64,000 nucleotides of DNA, taken from contig OZ024742.1 in the NCBI GenBank assembly GCA_964016885.1, positions 319,858,001 to 319,922,000 of the forward strand, read 5' to 3'. Below are positions 1 through 13,352 of the stretch, one piece after another (position 1 is the first letter of the stretch; each line of letters begins with the position of its first letter). The DNA is from Eledone cirrhosa. Taxonomy: Eukaryota. The notes under the pieces are model-generated. The model was not told the origin of the DNA, searched no databases, and saw only the letters and a list, made by a program, of their open reading frames with translations. Position numbers and translations under genes: made by a program.

Positions 1-18
1 CTCCCTTTCGTATAAATA

Positions 19-1242
<1,224 letters not shown>

Positions 1243-1306
1243 TATTTATACGTACATACATATATATGTACAGACGCACAGTAGTATGTATATATATACA
1301 TACATG

Positions 1307-1347
<41 letters not shown>

Positions 1348-2263
1348 GTATGGGTTTACCGAACATTTATTATAATGTTCGGTTTGTTTGTAAACAAACA
1401 GCCCGAATTACGCTGTACAGTGCTCGGCAACCATCGTCACCCTTTTTGTTCAACACTGACGCAGGAACGATGTACTAGTTTCAAGCTTATTAGCAACGTA
1501 TACCTTTCTGTCAGATGATTGAATGTCTAAAAGTATATACTTTCCTTATGCATATTAACGGCTGAGCAGCCTAATTTGCATATCGAGTGAGTTATATATA
1601 TATATATTTCGGTATATATATATATACATATATTTGAATTTTGAAGACCAAAACAATACGTTATGAAAAATGTTAAATTGCCAAGATAACAAAAGAATCT
1701 TACCTTAGCAAATTTAACGATCCGAAATATGGGTTTAAAAACCCGTTATCAAGGGAGTAACCCTATAAGAGACTTAAAAATCGATCGGATAGACTTGTTT
1801 GTATGAGAGTAGATTTAAGTGAAATGAAATGAAAAGACGTTAAATCTTCAAACGTGCGCGTTGTGAAATGTATGATATATGCATGTGTGTGCATGAATGC
1901 TTGTATGCGTGTGCATGAATATAAGTTTATGTAGTGAAAGATGTGTGCGAATATGTATGTAATAAAACGGGAAAAATATGTGTGCGATATATGTGTGTGT
2001 GTGTGACTCTAAATGTGCTTGCCTAGTGAGGACATAGATTTGATTTGAAAGAAAGAAAGAATGAAACTGACCATTCTGGGGCATTTCTTTCTATTCGATT
2101 ATTGATCCTAAGTTTTAATTGCTTGATTAAGAGGACTTCCTTAATTCTCAGCGTGCCTATACTGCGAAAAATTATAATAAATTGAAGTGAAAACCAACAG
2201 GTGCGTGTGTTTTTATTGGCAACATGATCCTCCCAAAGTATAACAATATATATATATATGTAT

Positions 2264-2390
2264 ATAGGAAAAAGTATGACCCCGACGGCAGAGCTCAAGC
2301 CGTTTCGACGGCTATTTGTGTCCATTTTGAGTGCAGAAATAGCCGTCGAAACGGCTTGAGCTCTGCCGTCGGGGTCATACTTTTTCCTAT
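2264..2390. repeat. Perfect inverted repeat, 54-bp arms, 19-nt spacer (MITE-like or foldback)
   Basis: 2264-2317 is the exact reverse complement of 2337-2390. Confidence 0.92.
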
Positions 2391-2469
2391 TTCCCACTCT
2401 ACTACCCTACGTATTGAGTACTCTGGTGCTTTATGGTCCATCTGGTTCCTTACTACAATTCCTTTGTTA

Positions 2470-2657
<188 letters not shown>

Positions 2658-3059
2658 TGTGTGTGGTGTGTGCGTGTGTCTGTATGTATGTATGTATGTA
2701 TGTATGTATGTATGTATGTATGTATGTATCCCTATTGTTTTAAGCTATTATTTATAGCGGTCGACTGTTGTTATTCGCCAAGCAGTCCAATAATTTATAG
2801 AAACTTCCTTACATCCAAAGTGTTCAGTATAGCTACCTAAATTTGACGGAACTGTGATCAGCCACCCTTTATCTATATACTTAGAGTCTTCGGCATAGAA
2901 TCGAGAAATGCAATGTTCGCTTCTCCGCAGTGACTCCACGCCACTTTCTTTCTGTCACTAGGATTGTTTTACCTGATTTTCTAAGCTTATAATTTATAGC
3001 GATTGACTGTTGCTACAGTTATTTTCAATGTCTGCGATTTATACAATTTCAAACACATA

Positions 3060-3606
3060 TGTAGGTGTAAAAGCCTAACTCACTATGTTCAATTTGGTAT
3101 TCATGCCAACCCTTACCTATGGTCATGAATCTTGGGTAATGAGCGAAAGAATACGATAGCGAACACAAACGGTCGAAATGGGATTCTTCTGCAGGGTCAT
3201 TGGAGTAACGTTACTCGATAGTGAGCGTAGTTCAATTGAGAATTGAGAGATCACAGCTCCGGTATCACAGGCATGTAGTAAGAATATGTAAGGAAAGAAT
3301 CGTTGAACAGATTTTACGGGCAAAACTGACCGGCAAGAGACCCAGGGATGGACTCCGAGCAAATGGTTGGATAACATCCATGAACTTGGTTGGTATCGCT
3401 TGGGAATCCAGTGGGATAAATCGAAGACGGTTGCTTCTAACAGGAACGACTGGAAGGAGTGTTTGAGAACTCTTCACCCACGACACGCCCAGGACTATGT
3501 GAGAGAAGAAGAAGAAGAAGAAGAAGAAGAAGAAGAAGAAGAAGAAGAAGAAGAAGAAGAAGAAGAAGAAGAAGAAGAAGAAGAAGAAGAAGAAGAAGAA
3601 GAAGAA
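3060..3606 (+). mobile_element. RTE-clade LINE 3' fragment with (GAA)n tail
   Basis: Degenerate translation PTLTYGHESWVM...EMGFFCRVIGVTLLD...LRIERSQLRY..HVVR...GKRPR matches the RTE C-terminal region. It ends in (GAA)n at 3504-3606. Confidence 0.75.
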
Positions 3607-3779
3607 TTCCTGGAATACAAATGTAAATAAAAAAGGGGTCAAATGTTTTAAGATGTTATAAAATGTTTTCACGCTAATATTATCAACTGGGATGCTATTG
3701 GAAGTGTCATCGCGGAAAGTTCTATAAGAACAAAAAGGGCTTAAAATACACCAATCCAAGATTACATGTGACAATCAGG

Positions 3780-4350
3780 AGCCACACGTGCAACGCACAG
3801 TGGCAGCACTTGGTGAGACTCGTGAGAAGTCCAGTTAAGAAAACCACAACACAAAACAGAAGATTTCTCAGTACCTGTGTCCCCTCGAATCCCAATTAGG
3901 AGTCTACTCAATGCCACGCCTGAAAGACAAGTCCACCATGGGTATTAAATAACCTAAAATGAATTATATGAAGGAGTGATAACAATCTGATGAAGACCTT
4001 GATAAAATATTTGAAGTAATGCTAACAGGGATGACTGAGTGGAAGGTAAATGCCTTCTTATTAATAACATACAATTTAGCAAGAAAACACTTTGGAACAG
4101 ATGACGAGAGGAGTAACATCAACACTCTAAAGCACCACAATAGAAGGGAAAGATAAATCTGACGCTTAAGGGAAGAAATCAAAACTCTCAACAAGCAGTA
4201 GGAGTTGACACCTGACGGGGAAAGAGTATCAATGATCTAAAAGATTAACACCAGTAACATCGCTACAAACAACGAAGAGCAGCAAGAACACTAAAGTACA
4301 GAAGGTAAGAGGAAAGGAAAAGGGCTCAATTTACTAGAGTCCCCTTTGTA
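3780..4350 (+). mobile_element. Decayed non-LTR retrotransposon fragment, HERO-like pre-RT region
   Basis: Stop-riddled translation IK*P...DEDLDKIFEVMLTG...ITYNLARKHFG...LREEIKTLNKQ...KRAQFTRVPF resembles the region upstream of RT in HERO-clade elements (recalled, not searched). Confidence 0.45.
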
Positions 4351-5159
4351 GTAGCCAACGTATATAAACGAATTCTTCATACAAGCTACACTAGATCACT
4401 GCCATATCACTCCCCTCATCAAGGGAATGATAAACAAACTCCTTATATCAGTTGATTGGAAAGAACACTAAGGAGCAAGTATGGTATCGGGCATCCAAAA
4501 ACACACAATATGACGATACTTGGAATATTTGTTTATGGCAATCACAAACCAGGAGGAGTCGAGACAGGGGCTAGCAGTGCTTCATCATAGCATGGATGAC
4601 GTTGAAGCCGATTATTACAGGAGTATGTGATAAGGATAGGTAAAGTACAGATTGCAATATCGTGGGGCAAGTTATTCCATACATTAGGGAAACGAATAGG
4701 ACAGGATAGCTATGATCAGGGAGGAAATACGGCACCTTGAGGAGGAAAGACGTAAATCGAGGCTTGTGAAATGTTGGGTGAGAGCTAAATGTAGGTTAGT
4801 TTTCACCATACCTGATTCGGTCACGCTTAGATATCGGGTTGTTTCATATTGCACACATACGTTACTTTTTCAACTCATATAACCTCGATTTCGCCTTATA
4901 TGACAACCTTTTTCTTAGAACTAACAAAAGTCAACTAGGAAGTTATGCGCATATGAAAATGCCACTCCTATCTAAATATCATTTCAATCAGATCTTCACT
5001 AATGATTCGGGAGTTTATACCTGTCTTTTTAGAATATATTGCGGAGAATTGAATGAAAATTAAATTCATATTTTCATATTACCAAGGCAACATTTACATA
5101 TTTTCACAGTATAATATTATTAAATTTTAAAACACAAACATAAATATAAAGGTTACACC

Positions 5160-5282
5160 ATGGATGATGAAGTTGCTGCTGTTGTTATTGATAATGGATC
5201 TGGTATGTGCAAAGCTGGTTTTGCCGGTGACGATGCCCCCAGGGCTGTCTTGCCTTCCATTGTTGGTCGTCCAAGACATCAG
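5160..5282 (+). pseudogene. act: Actin copy A: first coding exon (codons 1-41), orphaned from its own exon 2
   Basis: [41 protein letters not shown] followed by a GT donor at 5283 (phase-0 intron 41/42). The unit breaks at ~16845 before any exon 2. Confidence 0.92.
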
Positions 5283-5301
5283 GTACGTTCTCTCACTTGT
5301 T

Positions 5302-5394
<93 letters not shown>

Positions 5395-5424
5395 CTGTCG
5401 GTATATATATATATATATATATAT

Positions 5425-5495
<71 letters not shown>

Positions 5496-5687
5496 TAAAT
5501 CTACCAAAAGTTTACGGTAGTGTCCAATCCGTATGAAGAACTCAATGTAATCCGGATATCATGGAAAGAAGAGATGCATTCAAAAATCACTTTCGGTGAA
5601 AGATAAACGGAATACAGAGTCAAGATAAAATATTAAAAAAATAATGAATAAAACAAAGAAACAGTTCCTTATATTAAACAAAAAAAG

Positions 5688-5830
5688 TTCATTATTTAAC
5701 GATCGTTTCTAGGACATATATGTGTTAGAATTGGCATGCATATTCAAAAGATCTATGTACAAAATTATACAAACTATCAAGGAGAATATACATACCATCA
5801 CATATATATGCTGTCTTCAGAAATAATGAA
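5688..5830 (-). ncRNA. Type I hammerhead ribozyme motif (Penelope 3' end)
   Basis: Minus strand: stem I UUCAUUAUUU/AAAUAAUGAA (10 bp), CUGAAGA, extended imperfect stem II, GAAA, palindromic stem III ACGAUCGU, GUU triplet. Confidence 0.75.
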
Positions 5831-6183
5831 GTATATTTATTGATAATAACAACAATTCAAAATTACAGGTCTGTTTGGGAACAGATTTTAAATAGACCAA
5901 TGAAATACATAAAAATTCATCAAGAAAATACAGTTAGGTGTGTGTATATATGTAAGTAAATTCGTTCACAGATATGCATAAAAATGTATGTTCACATGCA
6001 TACGCATGTCGAAAAAGTGTATGTAAATATAAAAATTTAGGGCTAAAGTCTCTGTATGTTTATAATCTACAGACAAAATATACATACATATACATATATA
6101 TATACATACATATATACACACATATACATACATTCATACACACACACGCATATACACATAAACACACACATACCTACGAACAC

Positions 6184-6214
<31 letters not shown>

Positions 6215-6685
6215 TACGTATATATTATTATTATAACTATATGGATATTGAGGCGCACACATAAACACGGCCACACACACTTACATTTAGATGCAGAATT
6301 AAAAGGAGGTAAGGGAGTAAGTAATTAAAGGAGAGTGTCAGACTCAGCATATTTATAAAAATGTATCTATAAAGTTAGAAATAAAAAAAATTTTTTTATA
6401 GAAGGAAAAAACTTAAAATCAGGGGAACAAAAAATAAGGGGGGGGGTACGTACATACACAGACGCGAATGTCTCACAAAAGAAATATAACAAAAACATAA
6501 AAAAACATAAAAGAGAGACATAAAATATACATGCTTATATACATACGCACATTTACACATCCATACGTTCGATACATACATACGTACACACACACACATA
6601 CACATACTTAACCTCACGCATATTAACCTGTTTGTATGCATATACATAAAAACAAGTAAAATATATACTCATACATATAAATACA

Positions 6686-6737
<52 letters not shown>

Positions 6738-6959
6738 CACACAACACACATATATACATATATGTACACACACATACACACATACATACACATACATATA
6801 TATATATATACATATATATATACACACATATATATACACACATATATACACACACACATACATATACATATATATACACATACACACACACATACCCATG
6901 TATATATACACACAACCACACACACACACTCAGACATACATAAATATAGAGACATACAT

Positions 6960-7000
<41 letters not shown>

Positions 7001-7108
7001 TATATATAAAAAATAAATAAATACACACAGTCAGACAATTATGCACATATATACACATACATACACACATCTCTACAAATACATATACATACACATACAT
7101 ACATACAC

Positions 7109-7190
<82 letters not shown>

Positions 7191-7399
7191 TCATACACAC
7201 ATATTTACATGCACACATATGTATTTTTATACTCACATACAAACACACAAACATACATACATACTTACATACACATACATACATACACGCTTACAAATAC
7301 GAATAATTATTGGGGGGGTTAAAATTATTAGTGGGAAATAGTAAATATAGGTTTCAAGGAACATAGAATATTAATCTGCATTTAAATCATAATATGTGT

Positions 7400-8370
7400 T
7401 TACATAGTAGTGTCAGTATTAGGAAATGGTATTTGTAAGAAAGAAGGCTAAATTATGTATTTTAATATAAGTAGACTATTAATTATAGGTTAATTAAAGT
7501 AAAAATAGTTAATATATTAATTTCTAAGGTGTATACTACTTAGGTTTATAATATTTAAAGCGGAATTTTGAAGTTAAACAGTAGTAGAGTATTAATTATA
7601 GCATAACTAAATTAAAAATATTAACATGATGGTATCAATTTTAGGAAATGAATTTTGTAATAGGGAAAGCCAAATTAAGTATTTCATCGGTAGTAGAATA
7701 TTAATTATAGGTTAACTAAATTAAAAATTATATATTAATTTCTATAGTATATGTTAATTAGGTTTATAATAATTAAAGCAAAATTTTGTATTTTATCTAT
7801 AGTAGAATATAATTATAGGTTAACTAAATTAAAATTAATCTATATATTTATTTGTAAAGAATATATTAATTAGGTATATATTTAAAAGTTTTTCTCAGTT
7901 TATGATTACACGATATTCTGCAATCCATCTGTATTAGAATTTTAATTTTAAGCTAACTAAATTAAAATTATAGGTTAACTAAATTAAAATTAATTTATAA
8001 ATTAATTTCTAAATTGTATATTAATTAGGTTTATAATATTAAAAAGAATTTCTCTGTTATTGATTACACGATATTTTGTTATATTTCATCTGTAAAGGAA
8101 TTTTAATAAAAGGTTAAATAAACTAAAATTAATCTATATATTAATTTCCAAAGTATATATTAATTATGTTAATAATATTTAAAAATTTTTCACAGTTTAT
8201 GATTATACGATATTTTTTAATTTCATCTGTAGTAGAATTTTAATTAAATTAAAATTATAGGTTAACTACATTTAAATTAATTTATATATTAATTTCTAAA
8301 ATATATATTATTAATTAGATTTATAATATTTAAATGTTTTTCTCAGTTTATGATTACACGATATAATTAA
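7400..8370. repeat. Degenerate AT-rich tandem repeats (~100-150 bp) derived from the Penelope ORF end
   Basis: Motif TTTCTCAGTTTATGATTACACGATAT recurs near 7890, 8050, 8188 and 8339 (the last lies in the ORF terminus). ATAGGTTAACTAAATTAAAA recurs throughout. Confidence 0.7.
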
Positions 8371-10233
8371 TTCCTGTCGCTTATTTAATAGGATATCCTT
8401 AGATTTCATTATTTCAAATAGTTCTTGGGAACACAATCTACATTCATTTCTATTATTTTGATAAGGGGTGGCTCTTTTGAGCACACTCCAGGTCATATCA
8501 TATTCTATATTCTTATTTCTATAACTATTAATTTTTTCTGCTAGAGATGTTGTATTAGCCAGTGCAGCATTTTTAAAAACTATGTTTGTGGGTATTAAAC
8601 CTTACCTTAAAATTGTTAGAAGTAGCTCCTATATATGAGCAAATAGAATCTTTAGTTTTAACTTTACATTTATAAACTATGTTGTTAACAAGACAATTTC
8701 CTTTTAATGGGCAGTTTGCTTTGTTTCTACAGTTACAACCTTTCGTTAATTCTGTATTTGAGGAGATATTATGGTTAGTTTGATGTATTGGTGGTATACT
8801 TATGGTTTTTTTACATTTATATGCATTATAGGCACTTATATTTTGTTTTATATTTTTGGTTGTTGAGTATGAACATTTAACTGTTGATCTATTTAAGATT
8901 TGATGGTATTTGTGGTTTGGCGGGAAGTTTTTCTCTAGGATATTAAACAATTTTTTAGCTATATTATCCTTAATTTGTAAATTAAATGGAGCATTATACC
9001 AAGTAACTCGTCTATTACGGTTTCTATGTTGTTTATTGTTTTTATAGGATGCATCGTGATGTTTACTAGGAGGATTAATGTTAATGACCTCACCACGCAC
9101 ATTTTTAGTTAGATTTATTGATTTAGGTGTTTTAGCTTGTTTATTAGGAGTTTTATTATTAACATTTATTAGAGTTGTATGATGAGTAGTTTTTTGAGAG
9201 TTACTATACTTTATATTAGAGGAGTTAGAGAAATTTGGTTTTATGTTGGTATTTTGGGGTATAGTGTGAGTGGCATTTAGGTGTGTACTTTTCATTTGGT
9301 GTTTGTTGGTAATATTAGGTTGTATGTTTATAGTGTTATTAGTAGAAGGTATATATTCCAATCTATTTTTGTGGCCACTTCTATCTAGAGCTTCGTTATA
9401 GAAGGTCGCATTTTTATCAAATACATCTTGGTTAGACGAAAGGTTAGAAATTCTGAGTGATATATTATATGCAAGGTTTTTAAGGATAGATTTAGGGTGA
9501 TTAGATTGTGAGTGTATGTAGTGTAAGTTTTGGTTGGGTTTATGGTAAGGTTGGTAGATACCCGTAGCTAAGCCTAAAGTTATATCTAGGAAATTAACTA
9601 CTTTACTTGTGTTTTCAAAAGTAATATGAAGACTATAATAGTCTTTAAGGAAAGTTCTAATAAGCTTTTTGTTTTTTTCTATTTCTGAGAGGCTAAGGTT
9701 GTTGGAAAGAAGAAGACAGTCATCACGATATAAACCACCTTTAAGGTGGGGAAAGGAAGCATTTATGTTAAAAAGAAGAAAGAGGCCCACAAGATCAGTA
9801 ATTTGGGCAGAATCGCTTGAACCCATAGTAATATCAAATAGATTACTATATGTGTTTCTGGTCCAGTATTCATTCTGAAATTCAATAAGTGTTAGTCTAG
9901 CATGTGTAATAATATTAATGTCATCCAAAGTTAAGTTAGATCTATTTTTAGCAAATATCAAAGCTTTGTTCAGGAGTATAGGTGATATAGAAGAATAGTA
10001 ATTATCTATATCAAATTGTAGAAATGAAGCAGAAGATTTACATCTAATATTTTTAAACCAGTTAATTACCTGGGAAGTGTTTTCCCAGAGTGGTAAATTA
10101 ACATGTTTTCTTATTTGTGGGATGACTCTATCCAAAATTTTTTTGCTAATTATTCCAATATCCGATTTGGAGGGACATATAAGTCTTATAGAAGGATTTG
10201 AGTTAAAGTTTGATTTATGATCTTTCAGGTTGA
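8311..10233 (-). pseudogene. Penelope-like reverse transcriptase / GIY-YIG endonuclease, 5'-truncated, one frameshift
   Basis: RT motifs LKDHK..RLICPSKS, FDIDNYY, ITMGSSDSAQ, GLYRDD, VNFLDITL; Cys cluster CNCR..CPL.G.C; GIY-YIG IVY...YIG; +1 frameshift near 8575, continuing CRLC..E...LNKR.E...CNH. Confidence 0.88.
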
Positions 10234-11219
10234 ATTCTACTACCGATGAAATACTTAATTTGGCTTTCCCTATTACAAAATTCATTTCCCAAAATTGATA
10301 CCATCATGTTAATATTTTTAATTTAGTTATGCTATAATTAATACTCTACTACTGTTTAACTTCAAAATTCCGCTTTAAATATTATAAACCTAAGTAGTAT
10401 ACACCTTAGAAATTAATATATTAACTATTTTTACTTTAATTAACCTATAATTAATAGTCTACTTATATTAAAATACATAATTTAGCCTTCTTTCTTACAA
10501 ATACCATTTCCTAATACTGACACTACTATGTAAACACATATTATGATTTAAATGCAGATTAATATTCTATGTTCCTTGAAACATATATTTACTATTTCTC
10601 ACTAATAATTTTAATTCCCCCCCCCCCAATAATTATTCGTATTTGTAAGCGTGGATGTATGTATGTGTATGTAAGTATGTATGTATGTTTGTGTGTTTGT
10701 ATGTGAGTATAAAAATACATATGTGTGCATGTAAATATGTGTGTATGAGTGTACAATTGATGTTATTTAGTAGCAATCGAAATCTCCCCCTTCCCCAATT
10801 GACACTTTATGATTAATACTACTGCACCAAATGACCAGCCCTGTCCACTGTCCAGTTGGTCAAGTAGAGATTAAAATCGGCACCCCCAAAATTCTTATTT
10901 AGATTTACTCATGGTATTCTCATTAAAAACCCATTATATACTTGTTTAGCAGTAAATTATTTTACCATCTGTCATATTCTATCCCCTCTGTTCCTTCCTC
11001 TTTTACTAATATAAATACTTCAATTTTTCTGATTTTATCCAGTTTATCCAAAATCTCTGAAGAAGTGACAACTGATTATACATTTGCTATCGAATACTTG
11101 CTAACATTATATGATTACGCAAGCAGCGATACATAGGTATTCGGTCTGTTACAGAAACATTTGTCAATACCTAATAAATTCCTTTTTTAACAAAAGCACT
11201 TTCATTTTATATTCATCCT

Positions 11220-11305
<86 letters not shown>

Positions 11306-11423
11306 GTGTATGTATGTATGTGTATGTATATGTATTTGTAGAGATGTGTGTATGTATGTGTATATATGTGCATAATTGTCTGACTGTGTGTATTTATTTA
11401 TTTTTTATATATATATTTATATT

Positions 11424-11456
<33 letters not shown>

Positions 11457-11683
11457 ATGTATGTCTCTATATTTATGTATGTCTGAGTGTGTGTGTGTGT
11501 GTGGTTGTGTGTATATATACATGGGTATGTGTGTGTGTATGTGTATATATATGTATATGTATGTGTGTGTGTATATATGTGTGTATATATATGTGTGTAT
11601 ATATATATGTATATATATATATATATGTATGTGTATGTATGTGTGTATGTGTGTGTACATATATGTATATATGTGTGTTGTGT

Positions 11684-11718
<35 letters not shown>

Positions 11719-12198
11719 GGTGTGTATTTATATGTATGAGTATATATTTTACTTGTTTTTATGTATATGCATACAAACAGGTTAATATGCGTGAGGTTAA
11801 GTATGTGTATGTGTGTGTGTGTACGTATGTATGTATCGAACGTATGGATGTGTAAATGTGCATATGTATATAAGCATGTATATTTTATGTCTCTCTTTTA
11901 TGTTTTTTTATGTTTTTGTTATATTTCTTTTGTGAGACATTCGCGTCTGTGTATGTACGTACCCCCCCCCCCCCCTTATTTTTTGTTCCCCTGCTTTTAA
12001 GTTTTTTCCTTCTATAAAAAAATTTTTTTTATTTCTAACTTTATAGATACATTTTTATAAATATGCTGAGTCTGACACTCTCCTTTAATTACTTACTCCC
12101 TTACCTCCTTTTAATTCTGCATCTAAATGTAAGTGTGTGTGGCCGTGTTTATGTGTGCGCCTCAATATCCATATAGTTATAATAATAATATATACGTA

Positions 12199-12229
<31 letters not shown>

Positions 12230-12582
12230 GTGTTCGTAGGTATGTGTGTGTTTATGTGTATATGCGTGTGTGTGTATGAATGTATGTATATGTGTGTATA
12301 TATGTATGTATATATATATGTATATGTATGTATATTTTGTCTGTAGATTATAAACATACAGAGACTTTAGCCCTAAATTTTTATATTTACATACACTTTT
12401 TCGACATGCGTATGCATGTGAACATACATTTTTATGCATATCTGTGAACGAATTTACTTACATATATACACACACCTAACTGTATTTTCTTGATGAATTT
12501 TTATGTATTTCATTGGTCTATTTAAAATCTGTTCCCAAACAGACCTGTAATTTTGAATTGTTGTTATTATCAATAAATATAC

Positions 12583-12725
12583 TTCATTATTTCTGAAGAC
12601 AGCATATATATGTGATGGTATGTATATTCTCCTTGATAGTTTGTATAATTTTGTACATAGATCTTTTGAATATGCATGCCAATTCTAACACATATATGTC
12701 CTAGAAACGATCGTTAAATAATGAA
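12583..12725 (+). ncRNA. Type I hammerhead ribozyme motif (inverted pseudo-LTR copy)
   Basis: Stem I 12583-12592/12716-12725, CTGAAGA 12593-12599, GAAA 12704-12707, ACGATCGT stem III, predicted cut after 12715. Confidence 0.75.
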
Positions 12726-12791
12726 CTTTTTTTGTTTAATATAAGGAACTGTTTCTTTGTTTTATTCATTATTTTTTTAATATTTTATATA

Positions 12792-12885
<94 letters not shown>

Positions 12886-12901
12886 TATATGTATATATAT
12901 T

Positions 12902-12933
<32 letters not shown>

Positions 12934-13076
12934 TATTTATATATATGTATATATATATAAGTGATTTTCTCAATGGCTTGGAATTCAGTCCACGCTTCGC
13001 TATTTCCTATCCACTGAATTATTTTTTAATAAGTTTCCAGTGTCCTCGCTTTGCCTGGAAACTTACATGAGAATAG

Positions 13077-13159
13077 ACTTTCCTGACGACGGAATGCTTC
13101 TATATATTATTCTTCGGAAAATATATTTACTCCATTCCAGAAACTAATTAGTTGGAAGT
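13077..13159 (+). ncRNA. Type I hammerhead ribozyme motif (second family, in a ~250-bp TA-flanked fragment)
   Basis: Stem I ACUUUC/GGAAGU, CUGACGA 13083-13089, stem II GGAAUG/CAUUCC (C-A closing mismatch), GAAA 13140-13143, palindromic stem III ACUAAUUAGU, GUU triplet. Confidence 0.72.
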
Positions 13160-13204
13160 GATATTTTAGTAAGTAAGTTAATTTTATAATTTTCTTATTT
13201 TACG

Positions 13205-13249
<45 letters not shown>

Positions 13250-13260
13250 TCTTTCTCTGT

Positions 13261-13347
<87 letters not shown>

Positions 13348-13352
13348 TGTAT

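Larger units (their letters stand above)
5625..12788 (-). mobile_element. 5'-truncated Penelope-like retroelement with inverted pseudo-LTR, in actin copy A intron
   Basis: RT+GIY-YIG ORF on the minus strand. The 3' region 5625-7699 recurs inverted as 10234-10753 plus 11223-12788. The element sits among (TA)n tracts and carries a hammerhead motif in each arm. Confidence 0.88.

Noticed and set aside
1465-1520. Possible minus-strand hammerhead (CUGACAGA...GAAACUAGUA)
   Set aside because: The core has an extra base and stem I does not pair.
2281-2375. Palindrome as a hammerhead or intrinsic terminator
   Set aside because: GAAAC is present but no CUGANGA; bacterial terminators are irrelevant in this eukaryotic context.
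4893-4902. CArG-like CCTTATATGA upstream of actin exon 1
   Set aside because: It mismatches CC(A/T)6GG, is expected by chance in AT-rich DNA, and the transcription start is unknown.
10234-10285. ATG start of the 570-aa Penelope ORF
   Set aside because: It lies in the inverted 3' UTR copy, so it is a fortuitous in-frame fusion rather than the native start.
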